In this document: piece by piece, positions 48,305-58,664 of the stretch
Layout of the letters: every line of letters starts with the position of its first letter
How positions within the stretch are numbered: the stretch's first letter is position 1
Assembly (NCBI GenBank): GCA_013203185.1
Contig: JABMOS010000028.1
Location: 2,292 to 66,291, forward strand
Origin: Fidelibacterota bacterium
GTDB taxonomy: Bacteria; Fidelibacterota; UBA8477; JABMPR01
Length of the DNA stretch: 64,000 nt
Direction of reading: 5' to 3'
Position numbers and translations under genes: made by a program
Notes under the pieces: model-generated
Databases searched by the model: none
Seen by the model: only the letters and a program-made list of their open reading frames with translations
Told to the model about the DNA's origin: nothing

Positions 48305-49350
48305 GCGAACACTCCTTCGTTTAATGTTAGAAGGTCGGATAACACGGCATAACCGGTTTCTACACCACCCGCTCCAGGCCCCGTAATAGTTACATCTCCA
48401 AGAAGATCAGTAGAAAAAGTGATGGCATTTAGGGTACCATTGACTTGAGCAAGAGGATCTGAAAGCGCAAGTTTCTCTGGTCGTATTTGAGCGATGATTT
48501 TGTCATCTCTCACTGAAAGAGAGGCTATGAGCTTCCAACGCTTGTCTTCTCGACGTGCTTCTTCTATATGTACTTGTGTTATAGCGGAAATACCCTCCCG
48601 CTTGATATCTCCAAGTTCAATGGTGAGATCAAAAAGTTCACTGGCTAAAATTGCCAGCTTTGCCTGAGCATCATATCCATCTATATCGGCAGAAGGATCA
48701 GCTTCTAGATATCCTAGCGTTTCGGCTTGTTGAAGTGCGTCATCATAACTTGAGCCGCTCTCCATCTCACTTAGAATAAAGTTTGTGGTTCCGTTCAAAA
48801 CCCCCCTCAAACCGCTAATCTGGTTACCCTTGAGGGCACTGTGAAAAAAGCTCAGGGTTGGTGTCCCGCTGAGGACTGTCGCTTCATTTAGAAAAGCACA
48901 CCCTCGTTTTCTAGCCAGGCCCTTCATTTCAGAATAAGCCAGTGCCGCCGGACCCTTGTTTCCAGAGATAATGTGTTTCCCTGTTTTAAAGGCGGTTCGA
49001 CAGTGGGTGAGGGCAGGTTCTGCATCTACCAGGTTGGTGTGGGAGAGCTCAACAACGACGGTTGCATTGGACTCTCTTATCATCTCTTCAGCATCCCAGT
49101 CTTTGACATTCTCCACAAAAGGAGTGTCGTTTTGGCTGAGATAATTGAGAGAGGAGAGAGATAAACCGGCAGGGTGAAACATGGTTCCACGGCTACGGGT
49201 GCTCACAGCGACAATTTCAAACTCAAAATGATGATCACGCTTCAGGGTGTCTCGTTTCTCAATCAGAATCTTGCACAGCCCCTGAGCCACAGTCCCAAAA
49301 CCCACCAGGGCGATAAGGTGCTTCCGGGCAGAGCCTTTATTCGTGAGCAT
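48301..49350 (-). CDS. hom: Homoserine dehydrogenase
   Basis: N-terminal NAD-binding LIALVGFGTVAQGL. Catalytic-domain motif GYLEADPSADIDGYDAQAKLAILA. Start taken at ATG 49350 (MLTNKG...) so that it abuts the lrp stop. The ORF track extends to 49398. Confidence 0.8.
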   Translation of the reverse strand: MLTNKGSARKHLIALVGFGTVAQGLCKILIEKRDTLKRDHHFEFEIVAVSTRSRGTMFHPAGLSLSSLNYLSQNDTPFVENVKDWDAEEMIRESNATVVVELSHTNLVDAEPALTHCRTAFKTGKHIISGNKGPAALAYSEMKGLARKRGCAFLNEATVLSGTPTLSFFHSALKGNQISGLRGVLNGTTNFILSEMESGSSYDDALQQAETLGYLEADPSADIDGYDAQAKLAILASELFDLTIELGDIKREGISAITQVHIEEARREDKRWKLIASLSVRDDKIIAQIRPEKLALSDPLAQVNGTLNAITFSTDLLGDVTITGPGAGGVETGYAVLSDLLTLNEGVFA

Positions 49351-49351
49351 G

Positions 49352-49840
49352 CTATACAGACCGGGAGTCTTTAAGGTTAGTGGGCATTTTGGTCTCATGC
49401 TTCAGAGTGGAAAGGACCACCATGGTTTTCAAATGCTGAACTTCAGGTAGGGCCGTCAACTTATGGAGGACAAAAGTTTCATAGTCAGGGATATCTTGAC
49501 TGGCCACCTTAAGCAGAAAATCAGCGCCGCCAGTAATGTGATGACATTCCATGACTTCATCTAGAGCAGTAATAGCTTTCATAAATCTTTCAACCCCTTC
49601 GCGCCCGTGACGCACCAGAGTGACTTCAACATATGTGAAGCAATTCAATCCAAGCTTGGCCGGGTTGGTCAGAGCAACATAGTTTTGTATGATTCCATTA
49701 CGCTCTAATTTTTTCACACGTTCCAGGGTTGGCGGAGGGGACATGTTAATCTGTCGAGCTAGCTCTGCATTTGAGATGCGACCATTTTCCTGCAAAATGT
49801 CTAAAATTTGCCTGTCAATTTTATCTAAACCCATAATCAC
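49352..49840 (-). CDS. lrp: Lrp/AsnC-family transcriptional regulator
   Basis: HTH region DKIDRQILDILQENGRISNAELARQINMSPPPTLERVKKLE followed by a C-terminal RAM domain. Confidence 0.85.
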   Translation of the reverse strand: MIMGLDKIDRQILDILQENGRISNAELARQINMSPPPTLERVKKLERNGIIQNYVALTNPAKLGLNCFTYVEVTLVRHGREGVERFMKAITALDEVMECHHITGGADFLLKVASQDIPDYETFVLHKLTALPEVQHLKTMVVLSTLKHETKMPTNLKDSRSV

Positions 49841-50077
49841 CTAATAATAGTTATGTTATTTATTCAATTATATGGTAAAGATAATGTATTCTCTTTTACT
49901 TACAATTGTTATGATCTGTTGATGTGCGATATTTACCTGTACCAGTGAAAGTAAGAAATGATCAAAAAATAGGAGAGCTTGGTCTTTATTCTGTCAAAAT
50001 AGTGGCTAAATTGCTGTTCGAGAAAAGCAGGGCTAACAGGAATATTATTTATTATTGAAGGGGTTAGAATATAAAAA

Positions 50078-50494
50078 ATGAAGAAAAAAGTTCTCTTTTT
50101 ATGCACAGGAAATTCATGTCGCTCCCAAATAGGTGAAGGGTTGATGCGCCATTTGGCCGCTGATAAATACGAGGTTTATTCAGCTGGCGTAGAGCCAAGT
50201 CGTATTCATCCCATGTCAGTCCTGGTCATGAATGAAATCGGTATAGATATCAGCCAACAAAGCTCAGATGATGTAAATGATTATCTGAATACGGGGATAG
50301 ACATCGTCATCTCAGTTTGTGATCATGCTGCACAGACCTGTCCCACATTTCCTGGGAATGTGCAACGGATTCACTGGGGCCTCAAGGACCCTTTTCATGG
50401 TTGGGATGTAGATGAGACCAAACTTCCTGATTACCGCAACACCAGAGATGACTTGAAACAAAGGATTCAGGATTTTTTGTCAAGCCAGGCTTAA
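50078..50494 (+). CDS. arsC: Arsenate reductase (thioredoxin-coupled ArsC) / LMW protein-tyrosine phosphatase family
   Basis: P-loop LFLCTGNSCRSQ plus the C-x6-C pair (VCDHAAQTCP), as in Trx-coupled ArsC. Confidence 0.7.
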   Translation: MKKKVLFLCTGNSCRSQIGEGLMRHLAADKYEVYSAGVEPSRIHPMSVLVMNEIGIDISQQSSDDVNDYLNTGIDIVISVCDHAAQTCPTFPGNVQRIHWGLKDPFHGWDVDETKLPDYRNTRDDLKQRIQDFLSSQA

Positions 50495-50503
50495 AGCCTC
50501 GAC

Positions 50504-51022
50504 GTGATTATATACTACACTGCAGTAGACTCTCCCCTTGGACAGCTCTATCTGGCTCAACATGCAAACGGCCTATGTTGTTTGAGTCTGGGTGGGGGTG
50601 CCCAGGATAAACTTTATTCCTATATTAGGAAAATCTTTCCTACTGCTGAACTCAAGGCTTCCAAGCCACCCCTTCAAGATGCAATTCAGCAACTCACGGA
50701 GTATTTCTCTGGAGGCCGTACCCATTTTGATGTAAGCCTGTTTTTAACAGGAACAGATTTTCAAAAGCAAGTTTGGAATGGTCTTCTGGAGATTCCCTAT
50801 GGTAAAACCATTTCATATGGTGATCTGGCAGATCGCCTGGAAAATCCAGGAGGCATGAGAGCTGTTGGTGCAGCCAATGGGCAAAATCCAATTCCCATTA
50901 TCATTCCCTGTCACAGGGTGATTGCAGCAGATGGTTCACTGGGTGGATACACTGGTGGACTGGAAATAAAGCGGAAGCTCCTTGATCTGGAGCAACAGAA
51001 ATACACGCCAACCCTGTTCTAA
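50504..51022 (+). CDS. ogt: Methylated-DNA--protein-cysteine methyltransferase
   Basis: GTG start. Active site IPCHRVI with a DNA-binding HTH region. 172 aa. Confidence 0.85.
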   Translation: MIIYYTAVDSPLGQLYLAQHANGLCCLSLGGGAQDKLYSYIRKIFPTAELKASKPPLQDAIQQLTEYFSGGRTHFDVSLFLTGTDFQKQVWNGLLEIPYGKTISYGDLADRLENPGGMRAVGAANGQNPIPIIIPCHRVIAADGSLGGYTGGLEIKRKLLDLEQQKYTPTLF

Positions 51023-51061
51023 ATTAATTTTAGTGCCGGGAATCCATTCCCCCAATACCTA

Positions 51062-52375
51062 TCACAGTAGATTCGATGCCAACTCGGCCAGGGCAGAACG
51101 CTCGCCTTTCTCCAGATTCATATGGGCATACAGGCGCTGTCCCTTGAAACGATCGATGAGATAGGAGAGTCCATTGGATTGACTATCCAGAAAGGGATGG
51201 TCAATCTGGAAAACATCTCCTGTGAAAACAACCTTGGTTCCTTCACCAGCTCGGGTAATGATGGTCTTGATTTCATGGGGGGTCAGGTTCTGAGCTTCAT
51301 CAACGATAAAGAATATTTTCTGTAAACTGCGACCGCGGATGTAAGTCAGTGGAGCGATGACTATCTTTTCCTCTTCCACCAACTTATTGATTTTTTCAAA
51401 CTCTGAATTGTCATTCAAATACTGATTCTGAATCACCTTCAGGTTATCCCAAAGAGGCTGTAAATAAGGATCAATCTTGGATTTAATATCACCAGGTAAA
51501 TACCCGATATCCTTATTGCTTAAGGGAACGATGGGACGGGCGATATATATCTGTCGATACGACCTTTTTTTCTCCATTGCAGCGGCCAGGGCAAGCAAGG
51601 TTTTACCTGTTCCTGCCTTACCAGAAATGGAAACCAGAGGTATTTCATCGTTCATCAACACGTCAAGAGCAAACAATTGTTCCGCGTTGCGAGGAATGAT
51701 GCCATGAGCGGGGCGCTTATCCAGACGCTGCATGAGGTCTTGATTGGGATTGTAAACTGCCAAGGCAGACTTTTGATCGTTTTTAAGAATGTAATGATGC
51801 CAGGGGGCTGGTGTCTCTTCAATCCCGGTCTGGTCAAAGGGCATCTCAAAGGGCGCTTTATATAGTGTATCGATTACTTCTGTGTCTACGTGCTCCTGGA
51901 TTGATTTTCCGGTATAGAGCTCATCAACACTGGCCACCTTATCAGTAAAGTAATCCTGGGCTTCCATTCCCAGGGCTTTAGCCTTCATGCGCAGGTTCAC
52001 ATCCTTGCTTACCAGTACCACCCGTTGTTTTTGAGTTTTGGCGAGCTCATAGGCTGTGTACAAAATCCGATGATCAGTAATATCTTCGGCAAAAACACCA
52101 GCCAGTTCCTCGCTGGTTGAATTAATTTCCACTCTAAAAACGCCCTGCTTGGCGCCCAGCTTGACCCCTTTTTCAAACATTTTTTCAGTGGAAAGTTTAT
52201 CAATAGCACGCACAAAGGCCCGGGCGTGATAGTTCAGAACATCATTGCCCTTCTTGAAATGGTCCAGCTCTTCCAATACAGCCATGGGTAATACGATATC
52301 GTTGTCTTCAAAATGGTAGATGCAGTCACTGTCATGGAGAATGACATTGGTATCCAGAACGAGCGTCTTTTTCAT
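51062..52375 (-). CDS. PIN-domain + PhoH-like ATPase (YlaK family)
   Basis: Probable start at ATG 52375 (MKKTLVLDTNVILHD = PIN domain). The PhoH P-loop is GKAGTGKTLLA. The ORF track extends to 52477. Confidence 0.8.
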   Translation of the reverse strand: MKKTLVLDTNVILHDSDCIYHFEDNDIVLPMAVLEELDHFKKGNDVLNYHARAFVRAIDKLSTEKMFEKGVKLGAKQGVFRVEINSTSEELAGVFAEDITDHRILYTAYELAKTQKQRVVLVSKDVNLRMKAKALGMEAQDYFTDKVASVDELYTGKSIQEHVDTEVIDTLYKAPFEMPFDQTGIEETPAPWHHYILKNDQKSALAVYNPNQDLMQRLDKRPAHGIIPRNAEQLFALDVLMNDEIPLVSISGKAGTGKTLLALAAAMEKKRSYRQIYIARPIVPLSNKDIGYLPGDIKSKIDPYLQPLWDNLKVIQNQYLNDNSEFEKINKLVEEEKIVIAPLTYIRGRSLQKIFFIVDEAQNLTPHEIKTIITRAGEGTKVVFTGDVFQIDHPFLDSQSNGLSYLIDRFKGQRLYAHMNLEKGERSALAELASNLL

Positions 52376-52573
52376 GAGTTCTCCTTTAGAAAATGAATGT
52401 AAATAATCTAATATTTGGAAATGAAGAATACTCCACGTTTTTTGTAAGTGAGCGTAGAAACAAAAATCATCATCCATATGAATTGTTGCCGTCCAATTGA
52501 AAAAAGAGACCTATTTAACATCACTGCGGTTATTTTAGGGCTCTAAAAGTGATTAAAACCCGGAGATTCCTAC

Positions 52574-54271
52574 ATGAGCAAGAAAGCATATATAAATCGT
52601 TCTGATGTGAAGCACTATCTCGCTACTGCTGACCCTACTGTTTTGAATTATATTGAACAATGTGAAGTACAGATTGACAAGTTGGCCGAAATCGGATTTC
52701 AACTCTCTGCAGAGCGCGACCTCCCAACGCTGCTCAATCTTATAATTGAAGAAGGCATGCGTATCACCAATTCAGATGGTGGCACCCTCTATTTACGAAC
52801 TGAAGATGATCGTCTGGCCTTTGAAATCATGAAGACCAAAACACTGGGGACGGACTGGGGCGGTGTCAGTGGAACTGCCATCCCTGAGTTCATATACCCG
52901 GTGAAGCTTTACATGCAAGATGGCGAGCCTAATGATCATATGATTTCTGCCCACGTGGGCTTATCGGGAGAGACTCTGAATATTCCGGATGCTTATGAGA
53001 ATGATGTTTTTGATTTTTCTGGCACCAAGGCTTTTGACTCCAAAAGCAATTATCTATCGAAGTCTTTTCTCTGTATTGCCATGAAAAATCATGAGAGCGA
53101 TATTATTGGTGTCCTACAACTCATCAATGCGACGGATCCAATTACGGGTGATATAATTCCCTTTTCAGAAGACATGCAAAAGCTAATTGAATCTCTAGCT
53201 GGCCAGGCAGCGGTCGCCATCACGACGGTGCGGCTCATTGAGGGCCTGGAAACCTTATTGGAATCCTTTATTCAATTGATTGCTGACGCCATTGATGAAA
53301 AATCACCCTACACCGGTGGACACTGTTCCCGTGTCCCTGCTCTGACCATCATGCTGGCTGAAAAAGTCAATCAGACCAGAGAGGGTCCCTTTGCAGATAT
53401 CCAATTCTCACAGGAGGATATGGATGAGTTAAGGATTGCTGCTTGGTTGCATGATGTTGGAAAAATCACAACCCCGGAATATGTAGTTGATAAGGCAACC
53501 AAGCTGGAAACCATCTATGATCGTGTCAATGAAATGAATACTCGCTTTGAAGTAATAAAAAGGGATGTTGAAATCAGCCATTTAAATGCCTTGATTCAAA
53601 ACCCTGAAAAGCAAGCAGAGTTAGAGGCAGAAAAAATTGCTGAGATTGCCCAGATAGAAGATGATCGGTTATTCCTTAATGAATGCAATACCGGTGGTGA
53701 GTTCATGGCCGATGATAAAAAAGAAAGAGTCATCAATATCTCCAAGCGACAGATTGTTCTTAATGATGAAGTGCAGAACATTCTAACTGATGACTGGGTG
53801 GCAAATTTAAATATTTCCCGTGGTACCTTGAATAATGATGAGAGAGAAAAAATTAATGATCATATTGTGGTTACCATTAAAATGTTGGAAAGACTGCCCT
53901 TTCCCAAGCATCTCAAGCGAGTTCCCGAGTTTGCCGGGGGTCATCATGAGACCATGATTGGAACAGGATATCCCAAGGGTTTATCTAAGGCTGATATGTC
54001 TGTTCAGGCGCGAATTATGGGTATCGCTGATATTTTCGAAGCCCTCACAGCCAGTGATCGTCCTTATAAAAAAGGAAAAACGCTTTCGGAAGCTATGCGC
54101 ATTATGGGTTTTTTCAAAGCCGACCATCATATTGATGCCGATTTGTTTGATGTCTTCCTCTCAGAGGGTGTCTTTCAGGAGTATGCAGATCAATTCCTTG
54201 ATGCTAAATACATCGATGAAGTAAATGTTCAACAGTATTTGGATATTCAACCCAAACCACTGAGCAACTAA
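52574..54271 (+). CDS. GAF-domain + HD-GYP phosphodiesterase (c-di-GMP signalling)
   Basis: N-terminal GAF-like region. HD motif WLHDVGK. GYP motif GGHHETMIGTGYPKGL. Confidence 0.85.
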   Translation: MSKKAYINRSDVKHYLATADPTVLNYIEQCEVQIDKLAEIGFQLSAERDLPTLLNLIIEEGMRITNSDGGTLYLRTEDDRLAFEIMKTKTLGTDWGGVSGTAIPEFIYPVKLYMQDGEPNDHMISAHVGLSGETLNIPDAYENDVFDFSGTKAFDSKSNYLSKSFLCIAMKNHESDIIGVLQLINATDPITGDIIPFSEDMQKLIESLAGQAAVAITTVRLIEGLETLLESFIQLIADAIDEKSPYTGGHCSRVPALTIMLAEKVNQTREGPFADIQFSQEDMDELRIAAWLHDVGKITTPEYVVDKATKLETIYDRVNEMNTRFEVIKRDVEISHLNALIQNPEKQAELEAEKIAEIAQIEDDRLFLNECNTGGEFMADDKKERVINISKRQIVLNDEVQNILTDDWVANLNISRGTLNNDEREKINDHIVVTIKMLERLPFPKHLKRVPEFAGGHHETMIGTGYPKGLSKADMSVQARIMGIADIFEALTASDRPYKKGKTLSEAMRIMGFFKADHHIDADLFDVFLSEGVFQEYADQFLDAKYIDEVNVQQYLDIQPKPLSN

Positions 54272-54294
54272 AGTGACAATAAGGGAGTCTGATC

Positions 54295-54897
54295 ATGGAA
54301 ATTAAACCTGATCTTGGCAAGCTGATGCGGCGGGAGATATATACGCTGATTACCATCACGATGAGCATCATCATTATTTTTCTAAGCATACAGGCTTTGG
54401 TTGTAAATTTTGATCCAGAGGTAACAAATGCTGAGTTTGTGAAATATGTTTGGTCCTGGGTGGCGGGGTTTCTCATTGCGATCTGGATTTTTACTCCCTG
54501 GCTGCAATATTTGTGGATTACGAATTTACGCTATTCCATTGAGGATGAGCGCCTGTCGATCCATAAAGGAATACTAAACAAACAGGATGTGAGTATTCCA
54601 TATTCTGCAGTAACAGACTTTACGCTGAGCCGCTCTCTCTATGAACGCTGGCTGGATATTGGAACTATCCTGGTTCAGACTGCAGGCCAGGGGGCACAGG
54701 CAGGAGGACATGAGGGTAAACTTGTTGGCTTGGTAGATTTTGATTCTCTGCATGCCGTCCTGAGAGAAAAAATTAAAATCTATCGTGGACAGGGTGCTCA
54801 AGAGCTAAAATCTGTAAGTCAAAGCGAACTAGCTGGCGCTGATGTCTTGAAATCCATCCTTGAGGAAATACAAAAGATTAATCAAAAACTGAAATAA
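54295..54897 (+). CDS. Bacterial PH-domain (bPH_2, YdbS/YdbT-like) membrane protein
   Basis: Two N-terminal TM helices followed by a bPH_2-like domain (ERLSIHKGILNKQDVSIPYSAVTDF). Confidence 0.6.
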   Translation: MEIKPDLGKLMRREIYTLITITMSIIIIFLSIQALVVNFDPEVTNAEFVKYVWSWVAGFLIAIWIFTPWLQYLWITNLRYSIEDERLSIHKGILNKQDVSIPYSAVTDFTLSRSLYERWLDIGTILVQTAGQGAQAGGHEGKLVGLVDFDSLHAVLREKIKIYRGQGAQELKSVSQSELAGADVLKSILEEIQKINQKLK

Positions 54898-55671
54898 TTA
54901 TCGTTTCCTCAGAAAAACTCTGAGGAAAAATATCAATACACCGATATGAACTACCATCCCAAAAAATAGGTCGCTCCAGATCCAGGCTGATGACATCTGA
55001 CTATGTACAAAAGCCTTGGCTATCCAAAAGGGTGGTAGAAAAGCAGAGAGCCAATGCCATCCCGAGGTCCAGAAAAACACAAGGGGAATGGCGAGATACA
55101 TAATCCCCAGAACTTTACTAAAAGCCAACCCCTCAACTTTATTCTCTGAAAACGCTACCAGAAAAAGTGTGCCAATGGCAGCCTCAATAGCAACCATTAT
55201 GGACACACCCATAGCATGCACAGGGTTGAATTGAATCAGAGAGCTGGCGAAAATGATGAAGAGAAAAAAGCCCGCGCTGAGGAGCATGGGCATGATCAAT
55301 TTATAAGTCAAATAACCTCGTTTTCTCAGAGGGGTAATGCTGATGAAATCAATCACATCCTCATCTCGTTCATCCAGTATTATAAAACCATAAATCATGG
55401 CAAAGAGCATCCCAGGAATGAGACTTAGGAAAACCACAATGAAGGAGCGATAGGGGGTCAGGTCAAAACTAATTTTACTGAGAACAAGAGCTTCAATTGA
55501 AGGCAGGAAGAAAATTAGACACGTTATGGCTATTGGTCCAAAAAGGGCCATGACCAGGGTTGAGTCACGGACGATGAGCTTCAGGTCTCCACGAGCCAAA
55601 ACGGATACAGGTGTTTTCATCTCAGACAGGATGCCTGACATATCTGTCAAATCGTTGATAAACCCAGGCAC
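54898..55671 (-). CDS. ABC-2 family transporter permease
   Basis: Six predicted TM helices. Lies downstream of the ATPase and the other permease. A more likely start is the internal Met at about 55620 or 55641, which would avoid the 50-nt overlap. Confidence 0.6.
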   Translation of the reverse strand: MPGFINDLTDMSGILSEMKTPVSVLARGDLKLIVRDSTLVMALFGPIAITCLIFFLPSIEALVLSKISFDLTPYRSFIVVFLSLIPGMLFAMIYGFIILDERDEDVIDFISITPLRKRGYLTYKLIMPMLLSAGFFLFIIFASSLIQFNPVHAMGVSIMVAIEAAIGTLFLVAFSENKVEGLAFSKVLGIMYLAIPLVFFWTSGWHWLSAFLPPFWIAKAFVHSQMSSAWIWSDLFFGMVVHIGVLIFFLRVFLRKR

Positions 55672-56314
55672 TGAGAATAGTGAACCAAATCAGGAGGTTG
55701 GCCACTGAATATAGTTTTTCAGAAAGAGCATAATCCCCACCCAGGGTATCCAGCAAGATGAGGGTCGCCCTGGTGGGGAAGATATAAAAGAGGGGTGTGT
55801 CAAACAGACCTAAATAAGCCAGTATCGGTAAACTAATCAACAGTCCAATCCCCAAAGATTTTACGAAGTAATCATTCACATGCCGAGCCCTGGCTGCGAA
55901 AACGAGACCGAAGAGCGTATAGATCAAGGCACTAAAAATTGCCCCAAAAATGAACCACAAGAGGTCCTGTCCACCTACTGAACCTCCAAGCATGATGAGA
56001 AAAGCAGACACTATGGAGAGCAATAGAAAGGAGAGAATTTTTGCCAGCAGATATTCATGAAGTCTCAATGGGGTTACGAAGAGACTCTGGGTCAGATTTT
56101 GTCCACGCTCCAGCAGGACAATGGCCCCAATAAAGAAAAATCCCAGGGCACAGATATCAGTAAACAGGATTATGATCAGGGCTGGATATACAAGGCTCTC
56201 AGGGAGCAATCTCAAGCTGAGGATATAAAGGATGGTTAGCACCAGATAAGCATAGTAAAACCCATGCCTGAACTGAAAGCGAATATCCTGGCCCAAAGCA
56301 GTCAGAAGCCTCAC
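55622..56314 (-). CDS. ABC-2 family transporter permease
   Basis: Six hydrophobic helices. 4-nt overlap with the upstream ATPase gene. Confidence 0.6.
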   Translation of the reverse strand: MRLLTALGQDIRFQFRHGFYYAYLVLTILYILSLRLLPESLVYPALIIILFTDICALGFFFIGAIVLLERGQNLTQSLFVTPLRLHEYLLAKILSFLLLSIVSAFLIMLGGSVGGQDLLWFIFGAIFSALIYTLFGLVFAARARHVNDYFVKSLGIGLLISLPILAYLGLFDTPLFYIFPTRATLILLDTLGGDYALSEKLYSVANLLIWFTILSAWVYQRFDRYVRHPV

Positions 56315-57165
56315 TGAAGTGACCTTCCTGTGGTCTTCACAAAAACGTCTTCCAGACTGGCTTCCCTGCTGTGAATTGTTTCCATGTAATGATTCTTCAA
56401 AATGTCCTGAAAAGTGTCGTTGGAACCGAGTTTGTCCATGGGAATCGATTTGGTCTTTAGTGAATCACCATCACGATATTCAACATCCACGAATCTTTCA
56501 CCATGCTGCAGCTTGAGCTGTCTGGGTGAATCAATGAGGCTGACCTCGCCATCCACAATGAAGGCGACGCGATCACACAAAGTATCGGCTACATGCATGT
56601 CATGGGTTGTGATGCAAATGGTGTTACCCCGGGCTTTTTCAGCAAGAATCAAGGTCTCCATCTTTCGTAGATTAACAGGATCCAGGCCAGCTGTTGGTTC
56701 GTCCAGGAAGATAAGTTTCGGGTTGTTCAGCAGACTTCGACAAAAGTTCAATCGAACCTTCATTCCTTTGGAAAAATCACTGACGCGGGTATTCGCTGCA
56801 TCTTTAAGACCAACAGCCTCAAGAAGCTCATTGGGATTCCGGGTTTCGCCGGCATAAAACTGGGCAAAGAAGTCAAGGTTTTCAAGGGCCGTGAATTTGG
56901 TATATAAATTTGGGGTCTCAAAGGCAACCCCGATGGATTCATAGAAATCAGACGTCAGCTTTTGAAGATCAAGACCATTGACGAAAACGGTTCCTCTGTA
57001 GTTATTCAGAATGCCAATAAGGATTTTTTGAGTTGTGCTTTTTCCAGCGCCACTGGGGCCAAGGAATCCAAAAACTTCACCGCTGTCGATATGGAAGTTT
57101 AACCCGTTGAGGGTGTCCTTAGAATTGGAACCATAGGCAAAGTGAAGCTTGGTAACTCGAATCAT
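56311..57165 (-). CDS. ABC transporter ATP-binding protein
   Basis: Walker A GPSGAGKSTT, signature-like region, Walker B FLDEPTAGLD, H-loop TTHDMHVA. Confidence 0.9.
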   Translation of the reverse strand: MIRVTKLHFAYGSNSKDTLNGLNFHIDSGEVFGFLGPSGAGKSTTQKILIGILNNYRGTVFVNGLDLQKLTSDFYESIGVAFETPNLYTKFTALENLDFFAQFYAGETRNPNELLEAVGLKDAANTRVSDFSKGMKVRLNFCRSLLNNPKLIFLDEPTAGLDPVNLRKMETLILAEKARGNTICITTHDMHVADTLCDRVAFIVDGEVSLIDSPRQLKLQHGERFVDVEYRDGDSLKTKSIPMDKLGSNDTFQDILKNHYMETIHSREASLEDVFVKTTGRSLQ

Positions 57166-57187
57166 GAGGAGTGCCTCATTTTTGAAA

Positions 57188-58027
57188 TCAATTGTCGTCT
57201 AAGAGTTCTATCCCACGTGGTTCAAGCTTGATCAGGCGTTTTTTATAGAGTGCCCCAAGTGAGCGCTTAAACACCTTTTTACTTAGTCCAAATTCACGAT
57301 AAATGATATCAGGTGGCGTTTTGTCGTTAAAGGGAAGGAATCCCTGATGCTCTTTGAGTAAATCAAGAATCTTTTGACTGGCTGCATCCATGTGTTGCAC
57401 GCCAGGCTCCTGAAGGGTGAGATCAATCTTGCCATCCTCGCGGATATTTTTGATGTAGCCTTCAAGTCGTTGGCCCTGTTGCAGGGGCTGGAAGACTTCG
57501 TCTTTGAACAGGAGTCCCCAATAGCCATTCTCAATGATGGCCTTAAATCCCAGATCTGTGAGATTGACAATAAAGAGATCAACCTTTTCCCCAGGAGTGA
57601 AACGTGGATTTTCGTCACTTAAAAACTTATCCAGCTTGGTGCTGGCGGCTATACGGTTGCTCGCATTATCGAGATAGGTATAGACCACATAATGTCGACC
57701 TTCGAGAAGGTTGTGGCTTTGTTCGCGGAAGGGCACCAGCAGGTCTTTGGGTAGCCCCCAATCCAGAAAAGCACCCATTTCATTATTGTCTATGACCTTC
57801 AAACTGGCAAATTCACCGACCATGGTTTTAGGCTTTATGGTTGATGCAATGATGGTGTCTGTGGAATCAAAGTAAACAAACACCTCCAGCATATCATCCA
57901 CTTTGGTACCAGCTGGAACCTCACGTTTTGGGAGAAGAATATCACCCAGTTCTTCACCATCCAAATAGATCCCAAAGTCCACTTCCCGCATGACATGGAG
58001 CGTATTCATTCTTCCAACTTGAGACAT
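57188..58027 (-). CDS. cvfB: CvfB/YitL-family S1-like RNA-binding protein
   Basis: MREVDFGIYLDGEELGDILLPKREVP. Tandem S1-like domains plus a C-terminal winged helix. Confidence 0.7.
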   Translation of the reverse strand: MSQVGRMNTLHVMREVDFGIYLDGEELGDILLPKREVPAGTKVDDMLEVFVYFDSTDTIIASTIKPKTMVGEFASLKVIDNNEMGAFLDWGLPKDLLVPFREQSHNLLEGRHYVVYTYLDNASNRIAASTKLDKFLSDENPRFTPGEKVDLFIVNLTDLGFKAIIENGYWGLLFKDEVFQPLQQGQRLEGYIKNIREDGKIDLTLQEPGVQHMDAASQKILDLLKEHQGFLPFNDKTPPDIIYREFGLSKKVFKRSLGALYKKRLIKLEPRGIELLDDN

Positions 58028-58208
58028 AGAACCCCTTATAAGTTTGTGGCTGAAGTTAAGGATGGGGAAATGGGATGAAACTGGAAAGATGATGTGTCAT
58101 CCTGAGGTGTCACACTAAACTCGTCGAAGTGTTCTCGAGGGATAGTCGAAGCCCAAGGTCGTTTTTTAATAAAGGTTGGACATTTCGACGAGCTCAATGT
58201 CCAGAAAA

Positions 58209-58664
58209 TTAACGGGGGAATTTAACCGTGCTGTCCATGACCAGAGTTACTGGACCTTCATTCATGATATGGACTTGCATTTCTGCTCCGAACTCACCCT
58301 TTTCAACTTCAATTCCCTGGTGCCAGAGCTGGTCCATGAAATATTCATAAAGGGGGATGGCTTTTTCAGGAGGAGCAGCTTTGGTGAAGCCTGGTCTTCG
58401 ACCCCGTTTATAATCAGCAAGCAGGGTAAACTGAGATATAACCAGAGCTTTCCCCTCCACATCCTTGATGGATAAATTCATCTTTTCGTTTTCATCTTCA
58501 AAGATTCTTAAACCGACTATCTTTTCTGCCAACCAGTCGGCATCCTGCTGACTATCATCCTCGGCAACACCTAACAAAATCACATACCCCTTGCCAATCT
58601 TGCCTCTGGATCGACTGGAGATTTTGACTTCACCGCTGCTCACTCTTTGGACGACGGCAATCAT
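58209..58664 (-). CDS. dtd: D-aminoacyl-tRNA deacylase
   Basis: MIAVVQRV..., SQFTL, and NEGPVT motifs. 151 aa. Confidence 0.9.
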   Translation of the reverse strand: MIAVVQRVSSGEVKISSRSRGKIGKGYVILLGVAEDDSQQDADWLAEKIVGLRIFEDENEKMNLSIKDVEGKALVISQFTLLADYKRGRRPGFTKAAPPEKAIPLYEYFMDQLWHQGIEVEKGEFGAEMQVHIMNEGPVTLVMDSTVKFPR

